Assembly: GCA_963819085.1 (NCBI GenBank)
Contig: CAWFUX010000049.1
Coordinates: 24,382 to 88,381, forward strand
From: an uncultured delta proteobacterium
Lineage (GTDB): Bacteria; Myxococcota_A; Polyangia; Polyangiales; Polyangiaceae
Direction: 5' to 3'
Length of the DNA stretch: 64,000 bases
Below are positions 1 to 9,795 of this stretch, in pieces (position 1 is the first letter of the stretch; the number at the start of each line of letters is the position of its first letter). The notes under the pieces were generated by a model. The model was not told the DNA's origin and searched no databases. It saw only the letters and a list, made by a program, of their open reading frames with translations. A program made the position numbers and the translations under genes.

Positions 1-1295
1 GGGTCGCAGACTTACGCGGCAGCGAAGCGGGTGCCGCGGCAATAGCTGCCGCGCGTCGAGAACAAGAGGCTGAGGCCCTAAGACTGATCTACGTAGCGGT
101 TACCCGTGCTTCTCACGCGGTCACGGTTTTTTTCCCCAATGTGAGAGGCCTTCAGCATTCCGCGCTCGGCCAACTGGTATTCAAGTTTCTTGAGGCGAAT
201 AATGTCGGCATCAGTGAGCCATCATTTCAGGAATTGAAACGCGGCTTTCTGACTCTCGCAATGCCGCCAAACACAAACTTGTACTTGAGGGATGCGATCG
301 GTACCCCCAAAAATGCTGAAGCGAGCCCTTCGCGCGAGCGGCGAGCGCTCTACGTGAATAAACTAACGCGCCACATTTCGAACTCTTGGGTAGCTAGTAG
401 CTTTAGTGCAATGGTGGCGGGCCAACCGGCTCACACGCTTAGTGCGAACGATGAACTAGGCAAAGACGTGGACGGGAACGATGAACCCTATCTACAAATC
501 GCGGCTGAATTTGAGCCGACCCGCTTTTCCTCGCTGCCCCCAGGAGCAGAAACTGGTGATACCCTTCACAAGATATTCGAGCGCATCAATTTTCAGAATT
601 ACGACCCAGCAAGCGACGTGATCGTGGACCCGCTATTGGCCCGATTGAGTCCAAACTGGCGAAGGGAGAGCACCGAAGTAAAACAGGATGTGTTGTCGGT
701 TCTCAATGCGCCCCTGCTCGCCAGTGACCCCTCATTTTGCCTCAAGCGGTTAGATTTTGCGGCGCGCCGAAGTGAGCTTCCGTTTTCACTTGGAGTCGGC
801 TTCGACCGAGAGGGCCGCGTCCGACGTCGGGTGAGCCCGCAGGAGTTGGCAACGATATTGACTCCTGCTACCACGGGGCTGGATGCGGGCTACGCAGCCA
901 CAGTGGGGCAATTGAGTTTTGCGGCGTTCGCAGGCTACCTGCGTGGATACATTGATTTGGTGTTCGAACATGAGGGTCGGACATACGTAGCAGACTACAA
1001 GTCAACGTCGGTGTCGGATAGTATCGCTGGTTTCAGCGCAAAGCGCGTTGCGCATGCGGTGGCCGCCAATCACTATGCCTTGCAAACAGCACTGTATTCG
1101 CTGGTTATGCACCGCTACCTCCGGTGGCGAAAGGTGGACTACGACTATGATCGGGATTTTGGCGGCACCTTGGTCGTATTCTTACGCGGGATATGCCCGA
1201 CTCGCGCCCCGGGTCATTCCGTGTATTTTCAACGCGCAACTCGCGCGGCAATCGAAGCACTGGACTCGCTGTTTTCAGGCGCGGTCGTGACATGA
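1..1295 (+). CDS. recB: Exodeoxyribonuclease V beta subunit RecB, C-terminal part (5' end outside window)
   Basis: Frame 3 is open from nt 3, with no stop before the ORF-track start at 141. Nt 84-110 encode LIYVAVTRA, the SF1 helicase motif VI. GYIDLVFEHEGRTYVADYKS is the RecB-type PD-(D/E)XK nuclease motif. The TGA stop at 1293-1295 overlaps the recD ATG (ATGA). Confidence 0.85.
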   Translation, partial: VADLRGSEAGAAAIAAARREQEAEALRLIYVAVTRASHAVTVFFPNVRGLQHSALGQLVFKFLEANNVGISEPSFQELKRGFLTLAMPPNTNLYLRDAIGTPKNAEASPSRERRALYVNKLTRHISNSWVASSFSAMVAGQPAHTLSANDELGKDVDGNDEPYLQIAAEFEPTRFSSLPPGAETGDTLHKIFERINFQNYDPASDVIVDPLLARLSPNWRRESTEVKQDVLSVLNAPLLASDPSFCLKRLDFAARRSELPFSLGVGFDREGRVRRRVSPQELATILTPATTGLDAGYAATVGQLSFAAFAGYLRGYIDLVFEHEGRTYVADYKSTSVSDSIAGFSAKRVAHAVAANHYALQTALYSLVMHRYLRWRKVDYDYDRDFGGTLVVFLRGICPTRAPGHSVYFQRATRAAIEALDSLFSGAVVT

Positions 1296-3163
1296 TGCCA
1301 GCGTTGAAATCCTACGAATTTTCGCCACTAGATTGGCACTTGGCCAGCGCAATTGCGAGCATTAGCTCAGGCTCATCGGATGAATTGCAACTGGCCGTCG
1401 CGCTAGTCAGCAAGCGTTGCCGTGAAGGTCATGTGTGCGCTTCACTCTCGGCAGTAGCTGGTCTGCGCTTATCACGAACCGAATTGGCCGATCCTGATTC
1501 AACGCAAACTGATGAGTGGCCCGCACTGCAGGCATGGTTGGGAAAGCTACGTGAGTCGGATACCGTAACAGAGCCCGAAAGGCTCGACCCGACAAAGCCC
1601 CTGGTACTCGTGGCCGATCGACTCTACTTGAATCGCTACTATTTTCACGAAAGGGCCCTGGCCGAACGAATATACAATCGAGTTGAAAAGACCCTTGACG
1701 TCCGGTCCGAATCCACACGAGCCCTGTTGGATAAGCACTTTTCACCTATCGATTCAGGCTCGGAAAAACAACGTCTCGCGATCGCAATGGCCCTAATTTC
1801 GCCGTTGTGCGTCATCACTGGGGGTCCGGGAACGGGTAAGACCTCTACAATCGTCCGCTTACTAGCCGTGCTTGTAGAGAAGGAACTCGGCGAAGCAGGT
1901 ACCACTCCGCGAGTGGTTCTGCTCGCGCCCACGGGCAAAGCAGCATCACGAATCGCCGAGTCGATTCGCAAGTCCAAGGAACGGCTGCGGGCGGCCGATC
2001 CGATAAAAGCCTGTATTCCTGACGAAGCCGTAACCATCCACCGTGCGCTTGGGCCCGGCGCACGCCCCGACAGTCCCGAGAGCGTAAAAATAGCGGCCGA
2101 CATAGTCGTTGTAGACGAAGCATCGATGGTTGACATTGCTTTGATGCGCCGACTGCTCGATGCGTGCACCACAGTGCCGCGCCTAATTCTCCTTGGCGAT
2201 CCTGAGCAATTGGAGAGCGTTCTTGCGGGGTCGGTACTGGCTGAATTGTCGTCCCGACCTCACGAGGGGTATTCGCGGTTGCGTGCGCAGCGGCTCTGCG
2301 TGCTAACCGGGCTCGAAGTTACGGCAAACAGCATTAACCCGACAGCTCTCGATGATTGCAGGATTGAGCTAACGGAAGGCCACCGGTTTGCCCCGGACAG
2401 CAGCATTGGGAAGCTATCGCAGGCAGTCCGCAACGGGCAAGCGGAGTCCGCTTGGCAAGTCCTCGCAAGCTCGAAAGGCGACACGCGCTTCATCGAGCTG
2501 CAGGGCAATCCGCGTGCGTCTCTGAGCATCATATTTGACGTCGCGGCGGCCGGCTATCGGTCATTCCTTGCCGCGAAGGAACCCGTGGAGGCGCTGGCCG
2601 CACTAAATCGATTTCGAATTCTGTGCGGGCATCGAACGGGACCAATGGGGGTCGAAGCGGTCAACGACTACATATCGAATTCGCCACTAGTCCAACAACA
2701 TCTGCCGTACAGGTCAGCACTGCCGATACTAGTTACGGTCAACGCGCCCGAGTTGACGCTTTACAATGGTGACGTCGGTGTGCTTTACGCCGATCCCACG
2801 ACACCCTCGAATCAACGCGCGTATTTTCTAGGAAAAGATGGAGAGGCACGAGCTTTCTCGATTACACGTCTGCCTGCGTACGAACTCGCTTTTGCCATGA
2901 CGGTACATAAGATGCAGGGCTCGGAACTCGACAATGTTCTCACCATTCTTCCAAGAGCTGATTCACCCCTGTTGACAAGGGAACTCATTTACACGGCGAT
3001 TACTCGAGCCCGCAGGTCTTGCGTTCTTTGCGGCACGCGAGACGCTTTCATTCAGGGCTGTCAGCGAAAGAGTCACCGCTTTTCGGGATTGAGCGGAGCT
3101 TTGCAAAACGCGAGCTGGCGTCCCGATGCTCAAGCGGTACCATGCGCCACGGAATTACCGTGA
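1292..3163 (+). CDS. recD: Exodeoxyribonuclease V alpha subunit RecD
   Basis: Walker A is ITGGPGTGKTST and motif II is VVVDEASMVD. The C-terminal motifs MTVHKMQGSE and IYTAITRAR are typical of RecD. The ORF-track start at 1193 lies inside recB. The in-frame ATG at 1292 overlaps the recB stop. Confidence 0.85.
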   Translation: MMPALKSYEFSPLDWHLASAIASISSGSSDELQLAVALVSKRCREGHVCASLSAVAGLRLSRTELADPDSTQTDEWPALQAWLGKLRESDTVTEPERLDPTKPLVLVADRLYLNRYYFHERALAERIYNRVEKTLDVRSESTRALLDKHFSPIDSGSEKQRLAIAMALISPLCVITGGPGTGKTSTIVRLLAVLVEKELGEAGTTPRVVLLAPTGKAASRIAESIRKSKERLRAADPIKACIPDEAVTIHRALGPGARPDSPESVKIAADIVVVDEASMVDIALMRRLLDACTTVPRLILLGDPEQLESVLAGSVLAELSSRPHEGYSRLRAQRLCVLTGLEVTANSINPTALDDCRIELTEGHRFAPDSSIGKLSQAVRNGQAESAWQVLASSKGDTRFIELQGNPRASLSIIFDVAAAGYRSFLAAKEPVEALAALNRFRILCGHRTGPMGVEAVNDYISNSPLVQQHLPYRSALPILVTVNAPELTLYNGDVGVLYADPTTPSNQRAYFLGKDGEARAFSITRLPAYELAFAMTVHKMQGSELDNVLTILPRADSPLLTRELIYTAITRARRSCVLCGTRDAFIQGCQRKSHRFSGLSGALQNASWRPDAQAVPCATELP

Positions 3164-6102
3164 GTTGGTTCGAAGCACTTCGGAAGAACTGTTTGCCTGG
3201 AATTTGGTCACAGGGCGTTAGAATTGCACGTACGCCCGGCAACGTAGTGACCGAAAAGCGGTCGAAGTCCGAAATTACCCTGCGCGTCAGGAACCCGGGC
3301 AGCGGAGTCGTCCCTACCGTGACCTTGTATTTGCAAGACGAGGAATGGACTTGTGACTGCGGGGGCGCTGTCGACCCATGCGCGCATATCGCAGCAGCGG
3401 CCGTGGCTGTCCACCAAGACACGGCTGTTCAGTCCGACTCCGAGGTTCCACGCCCGTCCGATGAGCTGTCGTCACCAGTTGCACAAGCCTCGAGTACACC
3501 AGCGAGAAAGTTGGTCTATTGCTTGTGGAGCGATCCCGGCGGGATTGCCCTGTCGCGAGAGTTGCTTGCCAAGGACGGGACTTCGACACCGTTGCGGATA
3601 TCTTTGAATGATCCCGCGGCGCGCGCGCTGGTAAAAGAGCTAATGCCACGCGAGCAGGACCTGACGTTGGATCGCCTGATTGGTTCGGCCTTAGGCCGTT
3701 ATCAACTGGGCCCCACTCAAAAAGCCGTCATTACTGCGCTCGACGGAGCGTTCCAGGTAAAACTCGACGGTCGCAAGATTTCCGTTTCAACCGACACGTT
3801 GTTACCACGGGCTCGAGTTGTCGATGCTGACTCGGGCATCCAGGTCGAACTCGAACGCCCCCCTGAATTGCAGGCTATCGTGGGACCTGGTCTCGGAATT
3901 GCTGGCGATACGCTGCGGCCGCTCGCGGAGACCGAGCTCTCCGGCTTGCGCTGGGAGAAGCTGCCGAATCGTCGTTACTTCACCAAAAGTGAGTTCGGTG
4001 AACTTGTCACTAAAGTGCTACCGCAGTTGCAACGTCGCATGATCGTCGATGTATATACTGATAAGTTGCCGGGCCAAACACGCCGCATCCAACCAAGCGT
4101 AGTCTTCGATCTCACTGCGGAAAGTGATACTCTCGTAGTCAGCGCGCATATCGTTTACGGAAGCCCTCCCGTTGCACGCGTGAAAAATGACCGCCTGATA
4201 CAAATTGGGGCAACGGCGCCACGCCGGGATACCGCAGCCGAGGTTACCCTGGAGCATCAACTGCGTGATGAACTCGACTTGCTCGTGGATCGACCGTTTA
4301 CGATGCAAGGGCTAGACGCTGCACAATTCTCTCAAAAACTGAAACTTTGGCAACAGCGGCACGGAATCGATGCGTCCCGCTCGCAACCGTTCCCACTCAT
4401 CGACTTGGTCCCGGAAATCCTCTTCGAAGACGAATCCCTGCAAGTTAGATTTAGGTCAACTGCAGACGACGAGCAGAGCGCGGTTACGGCAGAAGTTGCG
4501 TTGCGAGCGCATAGCCAGGGACTTTCGCAAATACCCTTGTCAAATGGCCTTTGGGGGCAATTGCCGTCCGAGTGGCTAAAAAGCCATGGCGATCAGCTCA
4601 GTGACCTTCTCGCGGCCAAGGACAAGTCGGGCGGCCTCGCGCCTGCTGGCAAAGTCGCTCTAACAAAATTCTGTAACGACCTCAATCTGAAGGCACCAAC
4701 GAGTTTTGAGCCCTACGCTAAATTGCTCTCTGATGGTCTAGCAACAGCGCCACTCCCACCAGATCTAACTGCACAATTGCGGCCGTATCAGCGCAAAGGC
4801 GTCGATTGGTTGTTCGCCGCTAAGTTAGCCCAAGTGGGCGCAATTCTAGCAGACGATATGGGTCTAGGGAAAACTGTGCAAGCCCTCAGCATTCTAGAAG
4901 GAAAGACTCTGGTTATATGTCCGAGAAGTGTAGTCCACAATTGGATTAGTGAGATAAAGCGCTTTCGACCCAGTCTGAATTGCGAAGTTTACCATGGGCA
5001 AGGTCGCACACTGAATGCAAGTCAGGGAGTGACGGTTACTACATATGCGCTGCTCAGACTTGACAACAAGGAGTTGAGAAAGATCAATTGGGACAACGTT
5101 ATTCTCGATGAAGCGCAGGCAATAAAGAACCCGGACAGCCAGGCAGCTGAAGCCGCTTGCTTGCTGCCTTGCAGTTTCAGGTTGGTGCTCACGGGTACGC
5201 CCATCGAAAACCGGTTAGAGGAACTTTGGAGCCTGATGCATTTCGCAAATCCTGGCGTTTTGGGGACACTCTCGAGTTTCAAAACGCGCTTCTCGGCGCC
5301 AATCGCCACCGGCGCAGCGGGGCCAACCGAACGCCTTCGAAATCTAGTTCGACCATTTGTGCTGCGTCGTCTCAAGCGGGACGTACTTCCAGAATTGCCA
5401 CCACGGACTGATGACATCCTGTGGGTTGAATTGGACGAGACCGAGCGTGACGTCTACAATTCCTTGCTGTGGGAGGCTCGAAACGTAGCACTAAAGCGAA
5501 TTCAAACGGACGGCGGCGTATTCGCAGCGCTTGAAGCTTTGCTTCGCTTGCGACAAGCCGCCTGTCACTTGGGGTTGCTTCCCAATCACGACGAGCAAAC
5601 TTCATCCAAGGTTGAACGGCTGGGAGAGTCCGTTGAAGAAATCGTTCAAGAGGGCCATCGTGCTATTGTGTTTTCACAATGGACGAGCATGCTGTCGAAA
5701 ATCGAACCCGTAATGAGTAGTCGTGGCATTGAATTCGCACGGCTTGACGGGAGTACTCGTGATCGAAAAGGTGTCGTGGAGACGTTTCAAGGGGAGTCAG
5801 GCGCACCAGTACTGCTCGCATCCTTGCAGGCCGGCGGCACAGGGTTGAACCTAACCGGGGCTGATCATGTATATCTAACCGACCCCTGGTGGAATCCCGC
5901 GACCGAAGACCAAGCTGCCGGTCGCGCTCATCGAATAGGTCAAGAGCGGCCAGTCTTCGTGCATCGTTTGGTGGCAAAGGATACGGTGGAAGAACGAATT
6001 ATTGCCCTACAGGAGCGCAAGCGCGAACTAGGCAATTTGTTGGAGGGGGCCGATCCTACGACGGGTCTAAGCCGCGACGAACTGCTCGAGCTGATTGACT
6101 AG
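3142..6102 (+). CDS. SWIM zinc-finger / SNF2-family helicase (RapA/HepA-like)
   Basis: CDCGGAVDPCAH is a SWIM CxCxnCxH motif. The SNF2 N-domain shows LADDMGLGKT, ILDEAQAIKN (DEAQ box) and LTGTPIENR. The helicase-C domain shows GGTGLNLTGADHVYLTDPWWNPATEDQAAGRAHRIGQ. I chose the ATG at 3142 because the track start at 3019 lies inside recD. The gene overlaps the recD 3' end by 22 nt. Confidence 0.85.
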   Translation: MRHGITVSWFEALRKNCLPGIWSQGVRIARTPGNVVTEKRSKSEITLRVRNPGSGVVPTVTLYLQDEEWTCDCGGAVDPCAHIAAAAVAVHQDTAVQSDSEVPRPSDELSSPVAQASSTPARKLVYCLWSDPGGIALSRELLAKDGTSTPLRISLNDPAARALVKELMPREQDLTLDRLIGSALGRYQLGPTQKAVITALDGAFQVKLDGRKISVSTDTLLPRARVVDADSGIQVELERPPELQAIVGPGLGIAGDTLRPLAETELSGLRWEKLPNRRYFTKSEFGELVTKVLPQLQRRMIVDVYTDKLPGQTRRIQPSVVFDLTAESDTLVVSAHIVYGSPPVARVKNDRLIQIGATAPRRDTAAEVTLEHQLRDELDLLVDRPFTMQGLDAAQFSQKLKLWQQRHGIDASRSQPFPLIDLVPEILFEDESLQVRFRSTADDEQSAVTAEVALRAHSQGLSQIPLSNGLWGQLPSEWLKSHGDQLSDLLAAKDKSGGLAPAGKVALTKFCNDLNLKAPTSFEPYAKLLSDGLATAPLPPDLTAQLRPYQRKGVDWLFAAKLAQVGAILADDMGLGKTVQALSILEGKTLVICPRSVVHNWISEIKRFRPSLNCEVYHGQGRTLNASQGVTVTTYALLRLDNKELRKINWDNVILDEAQAIKNPDSQAAEAACLLPCSFRLVLTGTPIENRLEELWSLMHFANPGVLGTLSSFKTRFSAPIATGAAGPTERLRNLVRPFVLRRLKRDVLPELPPRTDDILWVELDETERDVYNSLLWEARNVALKRIQTDGGVFAALEALLRLRQAACHLGLLPNHDEQTSSKVERLGESVEEIVQEGHRAIVFSQWTSMLSKIEPVMSSRGIEFARLDGSTRDRKGVVETFQGESGAPVLLASLQAGGTGLNLTGADHVYLTDPWWNPATEDQAAGRAHRIGQERPVFVHRLVAKDTVEERIIALQERKRELGNLLEGADPTTGLSRDELLELID

Positions 6103-6108
6103 GATTGC

Positions 6109-7641
6109 TCAGTCACCGCTATTGTTGTACGGGTTTAAGTTGTCGAGCGAGCGACCCCGGGGCTCGCGATTCGATCGTGATGGTTGGAGCACGATTGCTG
6201 GGGAATTTGTCGTCGGACAAACCTTCCGGTCCAATGCCAAACTGAGCGAAAGATCTCTGTCCAAATAGACTGTCAGTGATCGCGGCTCGTACCCAGGCGC
6301 TTGAGCCACGAGGGTATGCGTTCGGCGATCGCGAGGCAGTTGGCCAATGTGCGGTGTGCTTCCGAGGACGATTCCGTCCATTGACCATTGTGTCTGTGCT
6401 GGCGTAGCGAATAATTCGATATGAGCAATGTCTTGTTGCTCGGTCTCGGCAGGTTTCGGCGCGGAAACGGCCGTATATGCGCTGGTGTCACGGTCGGCGC
6501 GAGCTGTTTGCGCTTTCTCAGAGCGAGTGTCGTGCCGAATCCACGCAGCGGCCACGATACCACCGCATAGAACGCCGCCCATCGCCGCAACGAGCGCGGG
6601 TTGCATTCGACGTTTGCGCCGGAGATGTTTGACCGAAGTTGTGTAGGGGTCAAGACTGTTGTTGCGGGCAAACTCAGGTTCGATGATTTCCGCAATACGA
6701 TCGGGATGGGGTGGACCAGATGAAAACGTCGCGAGACGAGGAACCATAGTTCCAAACGCCATCAGACGTTCCAATATTTCCTCCGAAGGTGGCGCCATGC
6801 CTGCAAGCGCAAGTCCTAAGTCACCCGCACTCGAGTAGCGATCGGAGGGATTCTTGGAAAGGCATCGTTCGATCACGTGATCAATAACGGCGGGGATATT
6901 GGGGCGGATCTCACGAATCGGGATATGGGGCTCCCTAGCAATTTTCACTAGCATCCGCGGCACCCAAGCATCTCGAAACGGCGGATACCCAGCTAGCATC
7001 TCGTATAGGACTACGCCGAGGCCCCATATATCCGCACGGGCATCGACCACCTTACTATTTTGGAGTTGTTCGGGTGAAATGTAGCTAGGCGTACCTATCA
7101 AAGTATTGCCATCCGTGAGGCTGCCTTCGCCATTGCGAGTCACGACGGCCGCTGGAATTTTGGCAACACCGAAGTCGAGAACTTTCACGTGAACGTGATT
7201 GGCGGTGTTGGCGCACAGAAAGAAATTCCCAGGCTTTACGTCTCTATGCACAATTCCAAGTGCATGGGCTTCAGCCAAGGCATCGCAGGCCTGCATTATA
7301 ATTTCGCAGGCCTCGGCGATGGGTATCGTTTTGCGCTCGCGAAGCGTCTGGTTGAGTGTGCGACCGTCGAGCAACTCGAGAACCAAGTAAGGCCCTGACT
7401 CCCAGATGCCGACGTCGGACACACGGCAGGTATGATTACTCATCAAGCGAGCGGCCAAGCGCGCTTCACGAAAAAACCGTGGCTCAGCCGCCAAAGCCCG
7501 TGCGACATCGGTTCGCAGAAATTTAATCGCGACCCGGTGACCGAGCAGGAGATGATCGGCTTCGACGACGACGCTCATGCCTCCGCGACCGATGACTCGG
7601 CGTATCCGATACTTGTCGTCGACTACTCGACCCGGAATCAT
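6109..7641 (-). CDS. Hanks-type Ser/Thr protein kinase with TM segment and C-terminal PEGA-like domain
   Basis: Kinase motifs present are GRGGMSVV, VAIKFL, HRDVKPGNFF, DFGVAK and GTPSYISPEQ. A TM helix (ALVAAMGGVLCGGIVAAAWI) follows. The C-terminal beta domain carries APGYEPRSLTVYL. Confidence 0.85.
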   Translation of the reverse strand: MIPGRVVDDKYRIRRVIGRGGMSVVVEADHLLLGHRVAIKFLRTDVARALAAEPRFFREARLAARLMSNHTCRVSDVGIWESGPYLVLELLDGRTLNQTLRERKTIPIAEACEIIMQACDALAEAHALGIVHRDVKPGNFFLCANTANHVHVKVLDFGVAKIPAAVVTRNGEGSLTDGNTLIGTPSYISPEQLQNSKVVDARADIWGLGVVLYEMLAGYPPFRDAWVPRMLVKIAREPHIPIREIRPNIPAVIDHVIERCLSKNPSDRYSSAGDLGLALAGMAPPSEEILERLMAFGTMVPRLATFSSGPPHPDRIAEIIEPEFARNNSLDPYTTSVKHLRRKRRMQPALVAAMGGVLCGGIVAAAWIRHDTRSEKAQTARADRDTSAYTAVSAPKPAETEQQDIAHIELFATPAQTQWSMDGIVLGSTPHIGQLPRDRRTHTLVAQAPGYEPRSLTVYLDRDLSLSLALDRKVCPTTNSPAIVLQPSRSNREPRGRSLDNLNPYNNSGD

Positions 7642-7643
7642 GA

Positions 7644-7663
7644 TCTATCTTCTCAAAGATAGA
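7644..7663. repeat. Perfect 8-bp inverted repeat (TCTATCTT-ctca-AAGATAGA) 2-3 nt upstream of the kinase start codon
   Basis: Read directly from the sequence. On the minus-strand mRNA the stem-loop covers the region where a ribosome-binding site (GAGAAG) would sit. Confidence 0.4.
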
Positions 7664-7795
7664 ACGAACGGCGGAAGATTCACGCGGTAAATGGCGTTCT
7701 TTGGCTCCCACCTGAGATCGGAGGGATTATCTTGTGGCACTGTAACAAAATCGTGTAACGGTTGTGCCACGGGGCCCGCTCCAAGTTACACCGGG

Positions 7796-8926
7796 TCAAA
7801 TCGCGGGCGGCATGCTTCTGCGGTTGGCGGCCGCCTGAAGTATTTCGTTCAGATCTGCAATGAAGAAAATCTGCGGAAACAGAATGTACAGAACTAGATT
7901 CGGCTCAACTGGGTTTACGACGCCAGCTGTGATTCGAGACTCGGTAACTTTGGGCGGCAGTTTGATGATCTCGAGCAGCCCCAATATCGGGATGAACAGG
8001 AAGATAGGATTAACGTCGCTTTTCTGTCGGTAAGCTCGGAAATCCTTGAGCGCACCAAATAGCGCCATCAGCCAATAGATTCCGAACGTCACTATCCCCA
8101 GCGCGACAACCAAACCAATGGGTCTCACTTTTCCAACGGGGATCTGCGTCGAAGCTGTGGCACTAGCAGTCGTTGCACTTGGGCCAACCAGAGCCGCCGC
8201 GCTGCCCACGGCTTCTATTCCCCAATCCGCTTTCGGAAAGGCTGCGGCCGGCGGCGCGATCCCAGCATCCGCTGGCGCAGGCGTTGTATCGGACGTACCA
8301 AAAGCAGCCATGTCATTTTGAGTTGCCACGCGAGGTGTGCCTGGCACTGCTGGAGAAGCGCTTGGGGTCGTACTTTCTAACTTAGGTGCGGCCGCTGCGT
8401 TCGGAGGCGGAGCACCTTCCGAGGTTACGGTCCGATCGGCCACGGCTTGCCCTATGGCATCGTCGGCCTTGACCTCGCTTGTCTCTGGCAATTCAGCTGG
8501 GACAGCGGCGGAGGACCCCATCAGCATGGTGCCGCCAAAAGGGTTGACGGAGTTCCCCGGCGGTTGAGCCGGAGCAGGAATGGGCCGCGACACTGCCGGA
8601 GCGGGTCCGGTAGGAGGCCCCGCCAGTTTAGGCGCATTTGATGTGGCCTGAGGCGCTGGAGATTTTGATGCCGGCGGCGCGACGGCTCCCGGTGAGGGCG
8701 GAGCAACGCCAATCATGGTTGCTTTGGCCATCGATTTTGGCCACGGGGCTGGCACAGGACCCCCGGCTGCCGGTGGCGCTGCCCGAGGCGCCGCTGCGAC
8801 GGGCGAATTCATCATGAGCATCGTGCCCTTAAATTTGGGGGCAGCAGCACCCTTCAGGTTAAAGCCACATTTTTGGCATTTCACGCCATTATCATCGTTC
8901 TGCGTCCCACAATTCGGGCAAAACAC
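7796..8926 (-). CDS. Zinc-ribbon protein with Pro/Ala-rich linker and DUF4234-like membrane tail
   Basis: The N-terminus carries a CPNCG-x11-CQKCG zinc ribbon. A linker of about 230 aa is rich in P/A/G. The C-terminus has two hydrophobic segments, one containing GIVTFGIYWL. Confidence 0.6.
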   Translation of the reverse strand: MFCPNCGTQNDDNGVKCQKCGFNLKGAAAPKFKGTMLMMNSPVAAAPRAAPPAAGGPVPAPWPKSMAKATMIGVAPPSPGAVAPPASKSPAPQATSNAPKLAGPPTGPAPAVSRPIPAPAQPPGNSVNPFGGTMLMGSSAAVPAELPETSEVKADDAIGQAVADRTVTSEGAPPPNAAAAPKLESTTPSASPAVPGTPRVATQNDMAAFGTSDTTPAPADAGIAPPAAAFPKADWGIEAVGSAAALVGPSATTASATASTQIPVGKVRPIGLVVALGIVTFGIYWLMALFGALKDFRAYRQKSDVNPIFLFIPILGLLEIIKLPPKVTESRITAGVVNPVEPNLVLYILFPQIFFIADLNEILQAAANRRSMPPAI

Positions 8927-9261
8927 GCATCTACCTCCGTTTGTACGGAATCACTCGGCTCCGGTGCGGAGCCGAGTGAGCGTACATTGCACAAGCGGGG
9001 TGCTCAAGCGAACTTGGGTAAATCGGCCACTTTTAGTGGGCCGAAAAGTCGAGTTTAGCGACAGGGCAGTTGGGATAAACGCTTATAATTATTAGATATT
9101 ATGCCTTGGCGCATCCTTTGCGCCTTCGGGAGAGTCGACTTGACAGGTGCAATTGGCGATCACTACCGTTCGCTCGCCTCGTGCTCCGCGGATCTGACCG
9201 GTCAGAACCCAAGCCGTCAGCAGAGGCGTCCACTCCTGCGCTCAATTGAACGGAATCGCCC

Positions 9262-9759
9262 ATGGCCTTCAGCCTCACTTCGGAGCAATCCGCCGAGCTC
9301 GAACAAATCGTTGCGCGCTACCCCATAAGACAGGCGGCTTGCATACCTGTCTTACATCTGTGTCAGAAAGCCAACGGCAATTGGATTTCCGAAGATGTAA
9401 TCCTGTTCGTCGCTGAGAAACTCAATCTAAGCCCTTCTCACGTGAGTGGGGTCGTGTCGTTTTATTCTTTGCTCAATGAAGAACCTCCCGGCAAGCATCA
9501 AATCTGGGTGTGCCGGACTCTCTCTTGTGCACTTCGCGGTTCCGAAGCCATTCTGAAGCATTGTGAAGATCGCCTCGGCATTAAATCGGGAGAAACTACA
9601 CCGGACGGCAACGTCACGCTTAGAACTGCAGAGTGTCTGGCGTCCTGCGGCTCGGCACCCATGCTCCAGATAGACGAAAAATATCACGAGAACCTCACCG
9701 TAGAACGCCTCGACGCCCTGCTTGGAAGTTTACGCAGCGAGCCGAAAGGCACTCCGTAG
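9262..9759 (+). CDS. nuoE: NADH-quinone oxidoreductase subunit E (24 kDa, 2Fe-2S)
   Basis: The CRTLSC and CLASC cysteine pairs, the length and the overall similarity fit the NuoE family. nuoF follows directly. Confidence 0.9.
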   Translation: MAFSLTSEQSAELEQIVARYPIRQAACIPVLHLCQKANGNWISEDVILFVAEKLNLSPSHVSGVVSFYSLLNEEPPGKHQIWVCRTLSCALRGSEAILKHCEDRLGIKSGETTPDGNVTLRTAECLASCGSAPMLQIDEKYHENLTVERLDALLGSLRSEPKGTP

Positions 9760-9795
9760 CGACCAGGAGTTTCGGTCGAAAACTGGTACAGCACC

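Noticed and set aside
1645-2172. A long antisense ORF inside recD. Many similar track ORFs exist, for example 5022-5417(-), 13798-14340(-), 18999-19676(+), 21805-22347(+), 31331-31969(+) and 59719-60144(-).
   Set aside because: They lie entirely inside genes that have clear family motifs on the other strand. They are rich in Arg/Ser/Pro/Gly, as expected for shadow frames of GC-rich coding DNA, and they show no motifs.
7733-7770. TGGCAC (sigma-54 -24-like) and a GTGGCAC/GTGCCAC inverted repeat between the kinase and the Zn-ribbon gene
   Set aside because: There is no TTGC -12 element at the correct spacing, and no downstream gene in the right orientation. As a terminator it lacks a U-tract and has a 23-nt loop.
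9084-9089. A TATAAT hexamer about 170 nt upstream of nuoE as a sigma-70 promoter
   Set aside because: There is no acceptable -35 element at a 16-18 nt spacing. TTGGGA is only 8 nt away and TTAGCG is 23 nt away. A single hexamer in an AT-rich patch is not enough.
9101-9328. Track ORF overlapping the nuoE start
   Set aside because: The translation is Arg/Ser/Pro-rich and the ORF overlaps the well supported nuoE start. It is more likely 5' UTR.
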